A stretch of 64,000 nt of DNA from an uncultured bacterium (GTDB lineage: Bacteria > Abyssobacteria > SURF-5), in contig CAZSKP010000003.1 in NCBI GenBank assembly GCA_964607485.1, positions 134,622 through 198,621 of the forward strand, read 5' to 3'. This document shows positions 47,410 to 58,603 of this stretch, piece by piece. Each line of letters opens with the position of its first letter. Position 1 is the stretch's first letter. Made by a program: the position numbers and the translations under genes. The notes under the pieces are model-generated. The model had not been told where the DNA came from and did no database searches. It worked only from the letters and a program-made list of their open reading frames with translations.

Positions 47410-49353
47410 ATGAAGCGGTTCGTTCGAACCATTGCCTCCGCGGGCGTTGCATTAAGCCTTCTCCTTCTCGCCATGGCGGCGTGCTCCAAGCGGCCGGATA
47501 ACGATGTGCAGGCCGGCACGGACGGGGACAAGACAGTTGGGACAGGCGAATGGACGCCGCATGTGGTGCCGTACCTTGACAGCGTTCCGTCGAGTATCGA
47601 CGGCCAGGGCAGCGCGGTATTGAAGCCCGCCGGGCCGCTCCCGGTGAGTTCGCGGGGAGATTTCGAGATAACCTTCACGGTGGGCGAGGCGGGTGTTGCG
47701 GCCGGCGGGTTCGTCATGCTGCAGGTCTCGCCCTGGTGGGGCTGGAGTCAGGCGCAGACAGTGTACCCCGTCAGGCCGGGATACACGGTGGTGAAGACGT
47801 CCTTTTCCGATCCATCGCTTAGGGTCACGACCCTTCCGCTCAACCGGATCGTCGTGTCTTCCCGAGAGCGTGCCTTCGCGCCGGGCGACAAGATTACCTT
47901 CGAATACGGCAATGGCGCACAGGTGGACAGGTTTGCCGAGTCGGCGGAACCGTTCCAGATTTTCGTGGACGCCGACGGCGACGGACACTCGGCCTGCATC
48001 GCCGACCCGCCCACTCTGCGCACGCTGGCGCGAGCGCCGTCGCACCTGAACGTGACTGCGCCCTCGCAGGTCGCCCCGGGCACGCTCATAGAGGTGCGCG
48101 CGGCGCCGCTCGACGGGCTCGGCAACTGGAGCGAATGCTCGAAGGGGACATACTCGCTCGAGGTCACGCGCGACGGCCAAAAGGTGGGCAATTCGACGCT
48201 CGAAGCCAGCGGCGGCGAAAAGACAATCGCCTTCACGTACACGCCCGCCGAGGAAGGCATCTATTTTTTCAACGTGGAAGGTCCGTCGGGGATTCGGGGC
48301 AGGAGCAACGTCGCGCTCTGCCAGAAGGGGGTTCCGCAGCTTAAGCTCTATTTCGGCGACATTCACGGACACTCGGAAATATCCGACGGAACCGGCACGC
48401 CCGAGGACTACTACCGCTATGCGCGGGACGTCTCGGGGCTGGACATCGCCGCGCTCACCGACCACGCCGATTTCGGGACCATACCGGTGAAGGGCAAGGT
48501 ATGGGAACGCATCAAACGCGCCGCCAACGAGGCGAACGAGCCGGGCCGCTTCGTCACGTTCCTGGGATTCGAGTGGACCAACTGGGTGTACGGCCACCGG
48601 AACGTCTATTACCGCGACGGCGACGGTCCCGTGTTCCGCTCTATCGACCCCCAGAGCGATACCCCGCAGGAGCTGTGGGCGCTCATCGAGCCCTACAAGG
48701 CCATGACCGTGGCCCACCACGTGGGCGGCGGGCCGAAGGCCACCGACTGGACCGTGCCGCCCGGGCCGAAAGAATGGCTGGTCGAGATATGCTCGATTCA
48801 CGGCTCGTCGGAGTACCTGGGCGGCGAGGCCTCCATCTACCACCCCGTCAAGGGCGCGTTCGTGAGGGATGCGCTAGCGCGCGGCTACAAGCTGGGCATC
48901 ATCGGCTCGGGCGACACGCACGACGGCCACCCGGGCCAGCGCAGCGTCGGCGCCGTCGTGAACGGTATCGTGGGGGTCTATAGCCCCGAGCTGACGCGCG
49001 AGGCCATATGGGAAGCCTTTCGGAAGAGGCACGTCTATGCGACCAGCGGCCCGAAGATCATCCTGAATTTCCGTGTGGCCGACTCGCCCATGGGTTCAGA
49101 GGCCACGTGGGCCGCCTCCAAGGGGCCGGTCCCTCTGGCGATTAGAGCAGTGGCCTGCGACGATATCGCCTCCGTCGAGATCATCCGCAACGGCGAGACG
49201 GTGTTCGCTGAGAAGGGCGAGGGCCCGTTCGCCCAGTTTCTGCTCGAGGACTCGAAGCCGCCCGCCGGCACGTCATGGTACTACGCCCGCATCGTGCAAA
49301 AAGACGGCAACATGGCTTGGTCCAGCCCCATCTGGCTGACCATCGAAGATTGA
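47410..49353 (+). CDS. Lipoprotein with PHP-fold metallohydrolase (DUF3604 / CehA-McbA-like)
   Basis: MAAC lipobox; YFGDIHGHS, TDH, GFEW, GHRNV, SGDTH; WYYARI..AWSSPIW. Confidence 0.8.
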   Translation: MKRFVRTIASAGVALSLLLLAMAACSKRPDNDVQAGTDGDKTVGTGEWTPHVVPYLDSVPSSIDGQGSAVLKPAGPLPVSSRGDFEITFTVGEAGVAAGGFVMLQVSPWWGWSQAQTVYPVRPGYTVVKTSFSDPSLRVTTLPLNRIVVSSRERAFAPGDKITFEYGNGAQVDRFAESAEPFQIFVDADGDGHSACIADPPTLRTLARAPSHLNVTAPSQVAPGTLIEVRAAPLDGLGNWSECSKGTYSLEVTRDGQKVGNSTLEASGGEKTIAFTYTPAEEGIYFFNVEGPSGIRGRSNVALCQKGVPQLKLYFGDIHGHSEISDGTGTPEDYYRYARDVSGLDIAALTDHADFGTIPVKGKVWERIKRAANEANEPGRFVTFLGFEWTNWVYGHRNVYYRDGDGPVFRSIDPQSDTPQELWALIEPYKAMTVAHHVGGGPKATDWTVPPGPKEWLVEICSIHGSSEYLGGEASIYHPVKGAFVRDALARGYKLGIIGSGDTHDGHPGQRSVGAVVNGIVGVYSPELTREAIWEAFRKRHVYATSGPKIILNFRVADSPMGSEATWAASKGPVPLAIRAVACDDIASVEIIRNGETVFAEKGEGPFAQFLLEDSKPPAGTSWYYARIVQKDGNMAWSSPIWLTIED

Positions 49354-49385
49354 AGGAAGATAGTCAAACCGCGTGAATACAGCTT

Positions 49386-51320
49386 CTATTTCGCGTGGGC
49401 GATTTCGTCGATGGCATCGGGGTTCTCGACCGAGGCGACGTCGCCGACCTCTTTGCCGAGCCATTTCTTCCTGATGACGCCCCGCACTATCTTCGCTGAA
49501 CGCGTCTTCGGCAGCGCCTTGACGAACCGAACGTCCTCCGGCCGGAGCGTCTTGCCCATTATCTTGACGACCTGCTGCTTCAGCTCGCCTCGCAGCTCTT
49601 CGCCCGGCTCGTAGCCCGGCTGGAGCACGACGAAGCAGACGACCGACTCGCCCTTTATCTCGTGGGGCACGCCTATCGCCGCCGCCTCGGAGACGGCGGG
49701 GTGCTCGATGAGAGCCGCCTCGATCTCCGCCGGCCCGGTTCGCCGGCCCGACACCTTTATCGTGTCGTCGGCGCGCCCGTGGAGGAACCAGAAGCCGTCG
49801 TCGTCCACGTGCGCCCAGTCGCCGTGATACCACACGCCCGGCCAGCGGGAGAAGTAAGTGGCGATATAGCGGTCGGGGTCTTTCAGGAATCCCTTCGTCA
49901 TCGACGGCGCGGGCTTCTTGCACACGAGATGCCCGATGCCCCCGCGGATGGGCTTGCCGTCGTCGTCGTACACGTCGATATCCATCGCCAGTCCCGGCCC
50001 GCGCAGCGTGCAGGGTTTCAGCTTTGTGATGGGCAGCGGCGAGAGCAGACAGCCGACAATCTCGGTGCCGCCCGATATGTTGATGATCGGGCACCGTCCG
50101 CCGCCGACGTTTTTGAAGAACCACTCGTACGATTCGGGGTCCCACGGCTCGCCGGTCGAGCCGAGAATCCTGATTTTCGAGAGATCGTGCCTCTTCACCC
50201 AATCGACGTCGGAGCGCATGAGCAGTCGTATCGCTGTGGGCGATATTCCCAGGATGGTGACGCCGTGCCGCTCGCACACGTCCCACAGGCGGTCCGGCTC
50301 GGGATAGTCGGGCGCGCCCTCGAATATCAGGTACGTCCCGCCGAAATTCTGGACGCCGATAATTTCCCACGGCCCCATCATCCAGCCGATGTCGGTCACC
50401 CAGAAGAACGTGTCCTCTTCCTTGACATCGAAATAATAGCCCAATTCCTTCGTCATCTGGGCAAGGCAACCGGCATGGGTGTGCACGGTGCCCTTCGGCT
50501 TGCCGGTCGTGCCCGACGTGTAGATGATCATCGAATAATCCTCGGCGTCGAGCCGCTCGGTCTCGCAGCGGGGCGACTGCTTCGGCACGATGTCGTGCCA
50601 CCACAGGTCGCGGCCGTCGGTCCACGGTATCTCGTTGCCCATGCGCCGGAGCGTTACGACGTTCTTCACGGTGGGCGTCATCTTGACCGCCTCATCGGCC
50701 TCTTTCTTTATCTGGACGAGCTTGCCGCGCCGGGCGGAGCCGTCGGCGGTGAAAAGCAGCTTGGCCTCGGCATCGGCCAGCCGCGTGGCGAGTGCCGTCG
50801 CGCCGAAGCCGGAGAATACGGGGATGGCGACCGCTCCGACCTTCAGGCACCCCATCAGCACGGTCACTATCTCCGGCACCATCGGCATATAGATGCCGAC
50901 CGTGTCGCCCTTCCGAATGCCCAGGCTCTTGAGGGCGTTGGCGAGCCGGTTCACCTCGTTGTAGAGCTGCCAGTACGAAACAGTGCGCACGGAGCCGTCG
51001 TCGCCCTCCCATATGACCGCCAGCTTGTTCCGCCGCCAGCTTTGGGCGTGCCGGTCGAGACAGTTGTGGACGATGTTTATCTTGCCGCCGACAAACCACT
51101 TAGCCCACGGGAACCCGCCGGAGTCGTCGAGCACCTTCGTGTAAGGCTCGTACCATTCGACGCCGAGGTCCTCCAGCGCGGCTTGCCAGAACCACTCGGT
51201 GTCCCCTATCGACCTCTGTATGAGTTCGTCGTAATTCTTGATCTTGTGCTTTCGCATGAACCGCCTGATGTTGCTCTTGGTCTTGTACTCGCCATACGGC
51301 TTCCATATGATGTTCTTCAT
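49386..51320 (-). CDS. acs: Acetate/short-chain acyl-CoA synthetase (AMP-forming)
   Basis: YTSGTTGKPKG, DIGWMMG, GRADDTIK, LPKTRSAK. Confidence 0.88.
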   Translation of the reverse strand: MKNIIWKPYGEYKTKSNIRRFMRKHKIKNYDELIQRSIGDTEWFWQAALEDLGVEWYEPYTKVLDDSGGFPWAKWFVGGKINIVHNCLDRHAQSWRRNKLAVIWEGDDGSVRTVSYWQLYNEVNRLANALKSLGIRKGDTVGIYMPMVPEIVTVLMGCLKVGAVAIPVFSGFGATALATRLADAEAKLLFTADGSARRGKLVQIKKEADEAVKMTPTVKNVVTLRRMGNEIPWTDGRDLWWHDIVPKQSPRCETERLDAEDYSMIIYTSGTTGKPKGTVHTHAGCLAQMTKELGYYFDVKEEDTFFWVTDIGWMMGPWEIIGVQNFGGTYLIFEGAPDYPEPDRLWDVCERHGVTILGISPTAIRLLMRSDVDWVKRHDLSKIRILGSTGEPWDPESYEWFFKNVGGGRCPIINISGGTEIVGCLLSPLPITKLKPCTLRGPGLAMDIDVYDDDGKPIRGGIGHLVCKKPAPSMTKGFLKDPDRYIATYFSRWPGVWYHGDWAHVDDDGFWFLHGRADDTIKVSGRRTGPAEIEAALIEHPAVSEAAAIGVPHEIKGESVVCFVVLQPGYEPGEELRGELKQQVVKIMGKTLRPEDVRFVKALPKTRSAKIVRGVIRKKWLGKEVGDVASVENPDAIDEIAHAK

Positions 51321-51498
51321 CGCACGCTCCCTTTCGACATTGCCGGGCCCCTTCGCTGAAACGCGGACATTATACCACAGCCGCCAAGAAACGCCAGACA
51401 GCAGCGTCCCATCATCCGGCGAGCAGCCGGGCCCTGACGATGAAAAAAGGACAGGTCAAGACGCTAAGCACCAGCACTAAGCGCAAGAGGAAATCTTG

Positions 51499-51527
51499 TT
51501 GACAGATGGGAAATTGCAGTATACCAT
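51499..51527 (+). promoter_or_regulatory. Candidate sigma70 promoter of the AT-rich gene pair
   Basis: TTGACA-N17-TACCAT. Confidence 0.5.
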
Positions 51528-51580
51528 AACGGATAGGTGTATCCAAATTAGGCAGCGCGAGAGGAAAATGGAACCACAAG

Positions 51581-52258
51581 ATGTTGAAGAATGCAGTCAA
51601 TAGGTCGGACATCATCAGTGGGGTCGCCGCACTTGTAGCTCTTCTAAGCCTATTAGTGAGTGCGAAGACATGCAGTATACAGGAGAAGAGATTTAGAGAA
51701 GATACTAGAATCGACCTCGCAATAGGTGTCAAAGATATTAGGTTGCCACTATTGAAACTATCTGATGGGGAGGTCGCGACTTTGTTGGCAAGAGCGTATG
51801 AACTCTCTCAGGTAAAGGCAAAGGGAGCATTGTCTGTGGAGCAACAGCGAATTTGGGATAGCATCAGGGAGAAATGTCGTGGAAGTCTGGATTTGGAATT
51901 GATGAATCCGACTCGAACTCCAAATACCGTCAGGAGTATTGACATCATAGCCACGCCAGTTATCATGAGAGATGAAGAGGAGACAGAAATCCAGAATGCG
52001 CGGCGAAACCTCGCGACTGCACTTGGTTTGCATTCCGTCAAATTTCACACAGTTTTCCGTGAAGGCCAATTTCCGGTCTATTTGCAACCGATGCAAGGGA
52101 CCACCGTAAGAAATATCGCATTTGAGGTCGACCCGTTAAGAGATATCCCTCAACTGAGAAAGGGTTGGTTACTAGATTTCGAGATATTGGATGTCCAGGG
52201 GGCACGAGGTTTTTATCGTCTCGGCTACTTTTTCCCGGGTAAGAAACCAGGCACCTAG
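51581..52258 (+). CDS. AT-rich hypothetical protein with N-terminal TM
   Basis: 225-aa ORF, IISGVAALVALLSLLVS; atypical composition. Confidence 0.65.
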   Translation: MLKNAVNRSDIISGVAALVALLSLLVSAKTCSIQEKRFREDTRIDLAIGVKDIRLPLLKLSDGEVATLLARAYELSQVKAKGALSVEQQRIWDSIREKCRGSLDLELMNPTRTPNTVRSIDIIATPVIMRDEEETEIQNARRNLATALGLHSVKFHTVFREGQFPVYLQPMQGTTVRNIAFEVDPLRDIPQLRKGWLLDFEILDVQGARGFYRLGYFFPGKKPGT

Positions 52259-52285
52259 GTCAGAATCTACTGTGGAAAGCAGAAA

Positions 52286-53056
52286 ATGATGGATAAGGTA
52301 TTTATATGGTTTGGACCTATAGGTTTCTTGGTTACGCTTGCTGCTCTCATATTCTCGGTAATTGTTTATCGTAGATCCCGCCGCTTTCGTGAACCTATCT
52401 ACTATGTGTATCCGGCTCGAACGGAGATTGTATCTCAGGAAAAGACTTCGTGGATGCCGCTGCAAATCAGTTACTTGAACGGCTCACCGCTAGAGAAAGA
52501 TGTTACAGCTGTAAATTTTGCCTTTTGGAATAAAGGGCGTCGTGAAATAAGACCAGAGGATATCCTTGAACCAATCAAGGTAAAGATTTATGGCGAGGGT
52601 TGTAAAATACTTGCCTTAAGAGTCATAAATATGTCCAGAGATGTAGTCAATTTTGATTTTGGGACAAGCGCTAATGATCCTGATAGTGAAGCTCTCATAA
52701 CCTTTCGAATACTTGAAAGAGAAGATGGGGCGCTGTGCCAAATACTGTATGAGGGTGACCCAGAGGCAGAAGTCAAGGTTGAAGGCACGGTTGTGGGAGG
52801 GAAGGTCTCTGAGGCGATGATGTCGACCGATAAGAAAAGAACTAGGCAAGTTGCTCTCTCGATGGGATTATTACTTACGATAGGAATCTTGACAGCATTA
52901 GGGAAGTCGATAGCAAGGCTTATTACGGATGAAGGCCTTTATTCGTTAATCTACTTATCCGCGGCAGTCCTGCTAATTTTCATTTATATCTGGTTATCGG
53001 AAAAAAGCGAGAGACCTACATTCCCAAGAGCTTTGTATAGAAAGGAACCTCCATAA
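52286..53056 (+). CDS. AT-rich hypothetical membrane protein (1+2 TM)
   Basis: 256-aa ORF; N-terminal TM, FWNKG...I...DI soluble domain, two C-terminal TMs. Confidence 0.7.
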   Translation: MMDKVFIWFGPIGFLVTLAALIFSVIVYRRSRRFREPIYYVYPARTEIVSQEKTSWMPLQISYLNGSPLEKDVTAVNFAFWNKGRREIRPEDILEPIKVKIYGEGCKILALRVINMSRDVVNFDFGTSANDPDSEALITFRILEREDGALCQILYEGDPEAEVKVEGTVVGGKVSEAMMSTDKKRTRQVALSMGLLLTIGILTALGKSIARLITDEGLYSLIYLSAAVLLIFIYIWLSEKSERPTFPRALYRKEPP

Positions 53057-53372
53057 TGTGCGACACCCTCAGCTGGCCGCCTCAACCTTGTTCAATGCTT
53101 GGATGGGAAGAGGGTTAAACCATATATAACGTTCTCATGATCCGTCCGCCCGGCTCGTGCAAGGCGATGCCGGCCAAGCGTCCCGCGGCCGCTCCTCTTT
53201 TCCTCTTGGTCAGCCATATATTGATTATTGTATGGCATAACCGTTCAAACATCATCAAGGGGGGCTAAGATACCCCCCCTCTTTCAAAGTAGCCCCCATC
53301 CGCTCGGGAAAGAACTTGCAATTTTCCCCGCCCGTGTAGTATACTGAATGCAGAACGAGCCGCCATTTACTT

Positions 53373-53397
53373 AGAGTGGGTCGCCGCCCACTCTTTT
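53373..53397 (+). promoter_or_regulatory. rimP leader hairpin / attenuator-like
   Basis: AGAGTGGG-TCGCCG-CCCACTCT-TTT downstream of TTGCAA-N18-TATACT. Confidence 0.65.
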
Positions 53398-53511
53398 GCA
53401 TTGATAGGGCAGGCTCACTTGCGGCGTTGTGAGAAGAGATGTACCGGGGCGGCTTGTGCCGCCTTTATTGTAGGATAAGTGTCTTAAGCGGCGAGAAAAC
53501 ACGTTGCGCCG

Positions 53512-53979
53512 ATGAGTTCGATCGACGATAAGGCCGTCCGGATTGTCGAGCCCGCCGTCGAGGCCGAAGGATACTCGCTCGTGGACCTGGAATTCAGGCG
53601 CGAGGCCGGCGGGGAAGTGCTGAGGCTCTTTATCGACAAGCCCGGCGGGGGCATCACTCTCGATGACTGTCAAAAGGTCAGCGAGCTCCTGAGCCCGCTC
53701 CTGGATGTGGAAAACGTCGTCCAAGGGCGATATTTCCTCGAAGTTTCGTCGCCGGGGATCAACCGGCGGATTAAGAAGCGGGCCGATTTTGAGGCGTTCG
53801 CCGGCAGCAAAGTGAAGATGCACCTGCGTTCGCCCGTGGACGGACGCCGGAAGATAACCGGAATCATCGAACGGGTCGAAGGCGGAGACGTCGTCATCCG
53901 CGACGAACGGCCCGGCTCGGAAAAGCTCAGCAGGGTTCCGCTCGCGAGCATCTTACGCGCGAACCTTCAGGTAATGTGA
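53512..53979 (+). CDS. rimP: Ribosome maturation factor RimP
   Basis: LRLFIDKPGGGITLDDC...LEVSSPGINR. Confidence 0.95.
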   Translation: MSSIDDKAVRIVEPAVEAEGYSLVDLEFRREAGGEVLRLFIDKPGGGITLDDCQKVSELLSPLLDVENVVQGRYFLEVSSPGINRRIKKRADFEAFAGSKVKMHLRSPVDGRRKITGIIERVEGGDVVIRDERPGSEKLSRVPLASILRANLQVM

Positions 53980-54019
53980 AGAAGCGACGGTGAATCTGTC
54001 TCACGGTCGCCGTTGAATC

Positions 54020-54047
54020 GTAGGGGCGCAGCATGCTGCGCCCGTAC
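54020..54047. repeat. GTAG-type REP singlet
   Basis: GTAGGGGCGCAGCATGCTGCGCCCGTAC palindrome between rimP and nusA. Confidence 0.7.
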
Positions 54048-54160
54048 AAAGATTGGGCAATCGCGGGACAGTCTCACTGCCCCCGGAGCAACAACGTACC
54101 TGTGGACAGAAACACATTGTCCCCCGGGCGCTAACGTGTAAGGCAAGGAGGGGCTCTTAC

Positions 54161-55444
54161 ATGAAGGCAGACTTAATGCCTATCTTCGAGCAATTGCAGA
54201 GTGAGCGCAATATCGACAAGAACGTGCTCATCGAGGCAATACGCTCGGCCATTGAGACCGCCAGCAAGAAGAGCTTCCACAATTACGGCAACGTGGAAAT
54301 CTGCTTCGACGAGGAGAAGTGGGACATCCGCGTCTATCAGAAGAAGGAAGTGGTCGAGAGGCCCGAGAACCACAAGACCCAGATATCTCTCGAAGACGCC
54401 CGTTCCATCGACGACGAGGCCGAGATCGGAGGCGAAGTTCGCATCGAGATAGCTCCGGGCAAGTTCGGCCGCATCGCCGCGCAGACGGCCAAGCAGGTGA
54501 TCATTCAGAAGATAAAAGAGGCCGAGCGGAAGAACATCTTCGCCGAATTCAAGAAGCGGGAGAAAGACATCATCGCCGGCGTGGTGAAGAAACAGTCGCA
54601 CGGCAACGTCATCGTGGACCTCGGAAGAACCGAGGGGATCGTCCCGTTCAAAGAACAGTCTCCGCGCGACTCCTACAGATTCGGAGAGCGGATGAAACTC
54701 TTCGTGCTGGAGGTCTCCGAGAATGAGCGCGGGCCTCAGATCATCCTCTCGCGCGCGGCGCCGGAGCTGGTGCGCCTGCTGTTCGAGTTGGAGGTTCCCG
54801 AGATATACGACGGCATCGTCGAGATACGCTCGCTCGCGCGGGAGGCGGGCTACAGGACGAAGATAGCCGTCGTCTCGCACGATTCGAACGTGGACGCCGT
54901 CGGCGCGTGCGTCGGCATGAAGGGCATGCGTGTGCGGACGGTCGTCGATGAGCTGCGGGGCGAAAAGATAGACGTCATCAAGTGGAGCGACGACATCAAG
55001 ACGTTCATCGCGAACGCGCTCAGCCCGGCCGAGATATCCGCCATCATGGTCGATGAAAAGCTGAAGAGCATCCTGGTGACGGTCTCGCACGACCAGCTCT
55101 CGCTCGCCATTGGCAAACGCGGCCAGAACGCGCGGCTGGCATCCAAGCTCACCGATTGGAAAGTTGATATAATCGACGAAAAGAGGCTCAAGGAGGAGAC
55201 CGCTCTGTTCGAGAGCGACATAATAGAGGAACTCATGGAGCTGCCCGGCGTGGGCGAGAAAACCGCCCAGTTGCTCAGGGAGGCGGGCTACACCAATCCG
55301 CGAAAGATAGCGAACGCGTCCGCCGAGGACATCGCCGCGCTTCCGGGCATCGGCATAAAGACCGCCGAAAAGATGATCGAGGCAGCAGCCGACCGGCTGG
55401 CCTCGCTCGAAGACGATGAGAGGGAGGAGATACCTGATGAATAA
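54161..55444 (+). CDS. nusA: Transcription factor NusA (with C-terminal HhH repeats)
   Basis: [40 protein letters not shown]. Confidence 0.97.
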   Translation: MKADLMPIFEQLQSERNIDKNVLIEAIRSAIETASKKSFHNYGNVEICFDEEKWDIRVYQKKEVVERPENHKTQISLEDARSIDDEAEIGGEVRIEIAPGKFGRIAAQTAKQVIIQKIKEAERKNIFAEFKKREKDIIAGVVKKQSHGNVIVDLGRTEGIVPFKEQSPRDSYRFGERMKLFVLEVSENERGPQIILSRAAPELVRLLFELEVPEIYDGIVEIRSLAREAGYRTKIAVVSHDSNVDAVGACVGMKGMRVRTVVDELRGEKIDVIKWSDDIKTFIANALSPAEISAIMVDEKLKSILVTVSHDQLSLAIGKRGQNARLASKLTDWKVDIIDEKRLKEETALFESDIIEELMELPGVGEKTAQLLREAGYTNPRKIANASAEDIAALPGIGIKTAEKMIEAAADRLASLEDDEREEIPDE

Positions 55445-57875
55445 GGTACGCGTCTTCGAACTTGCGAAGGAGCTCGGGCTCTCAAGCAAGGAGCTCATGG
55501 CGAAACTCCAGGAGCTTGGGTTCGCCATAACCTCCCACATGTCCACCCTTGAAGAAAAAGAGATCAAGCTCGTCGAAAAAAAGCTCGGCCACCTGAAACG
55601 CGAAAAGAAGGTCGCGGCCAAGAAGGCCAGACCAACGAAGAAGAAAAAGAAGGAAGAAGAGAAGAAACCTCCGAAGGCCGAAAAGGCAAAACCGAAAAAG
55701 AAAAAGGAAAAACCTCCGAAGGCAGATAAAGAAAAGCCAAAGAAGAAAAAGAAAGAGCCGGCCATAGAGAAAACCGAACCCGAAAAACTCCCGGCTGCGG
55801 CAGCCTCCACTGCCGTGGTAGAGCCTCCGAAGCCCAAAGAGCCCAAGGGCGGCGTCCGGCCCGTCGAGGAAATCGTCGAAAAAAAGCCAGCGCCACCACC
55901 GCCACCGCCCAAGCCCAAGCCCGACGAATCGGCGGTGGAAGACGAGACCGACCTGCTCCTGGAAGAAAAGCGACGGATTGAGCGAAGGACGAAGCAGCGG
56001 GACCGGAAGAAGCGCAGACGCGAGCGCGAACGGGAACGCCTGAGGAAGCTGGAAGAGCAGAAGGTGGCCGAAGCGCCGCCTCCGTCGGAGCGACTGCTCC
56101 GGCGCAAGGCGCGCGGCCCTCGCAGACCCGTCATCAGCGTTGACGAAGTGATAACCGTGGACGAGCTGGCCAGAAACCTCAAGATGAAGGCCGCCGCCCT
56201 CATTCTCGAACTCATGCAGATGAACGTCATGGCCACGAAGAACCAGCCGCTCGAGCTGGAGATAGTGGAGAAGATAGCCGAGAAATACGGCTACGACGTA
56301 CAGGTCGCAACTTCGCCCGAGGACCTGCTGGAGGAAGGCGAGGAGGAAGAAACTCCTCAGAACCTCGAACGCCGGGCGCCTGTGGTCACGGTCATGGGAC
56401 ACGTGGACCACGGAAAGACCGCCCTGCTCGATGCCATCCGGCAGACCAACGTGATGGGAGGAGAGGCCGGGGGCATCACGCAGCACATCGGCGCTTACGA
56501 CGTGGAGCTGGATAAAGGCCATGTCGTGTTTCTCGACACCCCCGGACACGAGGCGTTCACCGCGATGCGCGCTCACGGGGCACAGGTGACCGACGTGGTC
56601 GTGCTGGTCGTCGCGGCCGACGACGGGGTCATGCCCCAGACCGTCGAGGCGGTGAATCATGCCCGCGCGGCAAGCGTGCCGATTGTGGTCGCCATCAACA
56701 AGATAGACAAACCGGACGCCAACGTTGACCGTGTGAAGCAGCAGTTGGGCACGCTGGACCTGCTTCCCGAGGATTGGGGCGGCAAAACCATAACGGTGCC
56801 CGTATCGGCAAAGACCAAGGAGGGCCTGAACGAACTCCTGGAGATGCTGCTCCTGGAGGCCGAACTGCTCGAACTCAAGGCCAACCCGAACAAACAGGCG
56901 CGCGGCATCGTGCTCGAGGCCAAGCTCGACAGGGGACGGGGCGCAGTCGCCACTGTCCTGGTGCAGAGCGGCACGCTGCGCGTGGGCGACGCGTTCGTCG
57001 CCGGAACCCAGCACGGCAAGGTGCGCGCACTGCTGAACGACAAGGGAAAGAATATCACCGACGCCGGCCCATCCATCCCCGCCGAGGTGCTTGGCTTCAC
57101 AGGGGTCCCCCGGGCGGGCGACGCCTTCATCACGCTCGAAGACGACAAGAAGGCGCGTCAAATAGCCGACGCCCGCGCGCTGAAGCAGCGCCAGAAGGAA
57201 ATGATACGCCAGAAACGCATCACGCTGGAAGACCTGTACGAACAAATCAAGGCGGGCGAGCTCAGGGAACTCAATATCGTCGTCAAGGGCGATGTGCAGG
57301 GGTCGGTAACTGCGCTGCAGGACTCGCTCCAAAAACTGCCGACCGACAGCATCAAACTGAACGTGATACACACGGGCGTGGGCGGAATCAACGAGTCCGA
57401 CGTCATCCTCGCCTCCGCGTCCAACGCGCTGCTCATCGGGTTCAACGTGAGGCCCGACGCGAAGGCGCGCGACCTGGCCGAGAAAGAGGGAGTCGATTAC
57501 AGGCTCTACCGCGTGATCTACGACGTCATAGACGATGTGCGCGCCGCCATGGAAGGGCTGCTCGAACCGGAAAAAAGAGAGGTGTTTCTGGGCCGCGCCG
57601 AGGTGATTCAGACTTTCAAGGTAAGCTCCGTCGGCACGGTGGCCGGCAGCCGCATCATGGAAGGCGAAATTGTGGCCAATGGAAGGATCAGGCTCGTCAG
57701 AGACGGCGTCATCGTGTACGACGGAAAGATCGCTTCACTGAAACGATACAAGGACTTTGTCCATTCGGCACCGGCCGGAACGGAATGCGGCATCGGACTT
57801 GAAAGGTTCGACGACGTCAAGGCCGGTGACGTGCTCGAGTGTTACCGCATCGAGGAAATCGCTCGAAAACTCTAA
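55437..57875 (+). CDS. infB: Translation initiation factor IF-2
   Basis: [32 protein letters not shown]. Confidence 0.97.
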   Translation: MNKVRVFELAKELGLSSKELMAKLQELGFAITSHMSTLEEKEIKLVEKKLGHLKREKKVAAKKARPTKKKKKEEEKKPPKAEKAKPKKKKEKPPKADKEKPKKKKKEPAIEKTEPEKLPAAAASTAVVEPPKPKEPKGGVRPVEEIVEKKPAPPPPPPKPKPDESAVEDETDLLLEEKRRIERRTKQRDRKKRRRERERERLRKLEEQKVAEAPPPSERLLRRKARGPRRPVISVDEVITVDELARNLKMKAAALILELMQMNVMATKNQPLELEIVEKIAEKYGYDVQVATSPEDLLEEGEEEETPQNLERRAPVVTVMGHVDHGKTALLDAIRQTNVMGGEAGGITQHIGAYDVELDKGHVVFLDTPGHEAFTAMRAHGAQVTDVVVLVVAADDGVMPQTVEAVNHARAASVPIVVAINKIDKPDANVDRVKQQLGTLDLLPEDWGGKTITVPVSAKTKEGLNELLEMLLLEAELLELKANPNKQARGIVLEAKLDRGRGAVATVLVQSGTLRVGDAFVAGTQHGKVRALLNDKGKNITDAGPSIPAEVLGFTGVPRAGDAFITLEDDKKARQIADARALKQRQKEMIRQKRITLEDLYEQIKAGELRELNIVVKGDVQGSVTALQDSLQKLPTDSIKLNVIHTGVGGINESDVILASASNALLIGFNVRPDAKARDLAEKEGVDYRLYRVIYDVIDDVRAAMEGLLEPEKREVFLGRAEVIQTFKVSSVGTVAGSRIMEGEIVANGRIRLVRDGVIVYDGKIASLKRYKDFVHSAPAGTECGIGLERFDDVKAGDVLECYRIEEIARKL

Positions 57876-57878
57876 GAA

Positions 57879-58160
57879 ATGTTCGTCGGCGTTCTCCAGA
57901 TGGACCTCCTGCTTCGGGGAAATACGTCGCTGAAATCGAAGCGGCAGGTGCTCAGAAGCATTAAGGACAGGACCCGCCGACGATTCAACGTTTCCATCGC
58001 GGAGGTCGGCCACAACGACCTTTGGCAGCGCGCGACGCTGGGTGTCTGTTGCGCCTCGAACGACAAGGTGCACGCAAACCAGGTGCTTTCCGAGGTCGTC
58101 AAGTTCATCGACGGAAATTTTCCGACCGAGCTTCTTGACTACAGCATCGAAATCCTGTAG
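57879..58160 (+). CDS. ylxP: DUF503 (YlxP) family protein
   Basis: SLKSKRQV...FNVSIAEV...DLWQR. Confidence 0.9.
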   Translation: MFVGVLQMDLLLRGNTSLKSKRQVLRSIKDRTRRRFNVSIAEVGHNDLWQRATLGVCCASNDKVHANQVLSEVVKFIDGNFPTELLDYSIEIL

Positions 58161-58237
58161 GAACGGACGAAGCAGAAGCCGCCTCAACAAGCGTTCGGAC
58201 GCAAGAATCCCAGGCTCAAAGGCGCAGATGACAAGCC

Positions 58238-58603
58238 ATGGAAAATCGACAAAGACGTCTCGGAGAGCTGCTCAAGCACGAAATAAGCGACCTGATCCTG
58301 CGGGAGATCAAGGACCCGCGCATCGGCTTCGTGTCCATCACCTCGGTGGAGGTTACCTCCGACCTCCGTCATGCAAAGGTGTACGTCAGCGTACTCGGAA
58401 GCGAGCACGAGAGGAAATCGTCGCTTGCGGGGCTCCGCAGCGCGTCGGGCTTCATCAAACGCGAGCTGGGGCATCGGCTGCGGCTGAAATACATGCCTGA
58501 AATCAGCATTTTCTATGACAATTCCATAGAACACGGCTCGCACATCATCGAGCTCATAGACTCGGTCGTTCAAGAGAAAAACAGCACCTCTGATGACGAA
58601 TGA
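58238..58603 (+). CDS. rbfA: Ribosome-binding factor A
   Basis: IKDPRIG...VTSDLRHAKVYVS...LKYMPE. Confidence 0.96.
   Translation: MENRQRRLGELLKHEISDLILREIKDPRIGFVSITSVEVTSDLRHAKVYVSVLGSEHERKSSLAGLRSASGFIKRELGHRLRLKYMPEISIFYDNSIEHGSHIIELIDSVVQEKNSTSDDE

Noticed and set aside
53075-53125. Integron attC site after the AT-rich gene pair
   Set aside because: GTTAAAC is present, but there is no matching RYYYAAC box or paired stem, and no integron integrase.
54173-57371. Long antisense ORFs over nusA/infB (also 41229-42785, 49662-51359, 62369-63991 and similar)
   Set aside because: Shadow frames of high-GC coding genes with no recognisable motifs.
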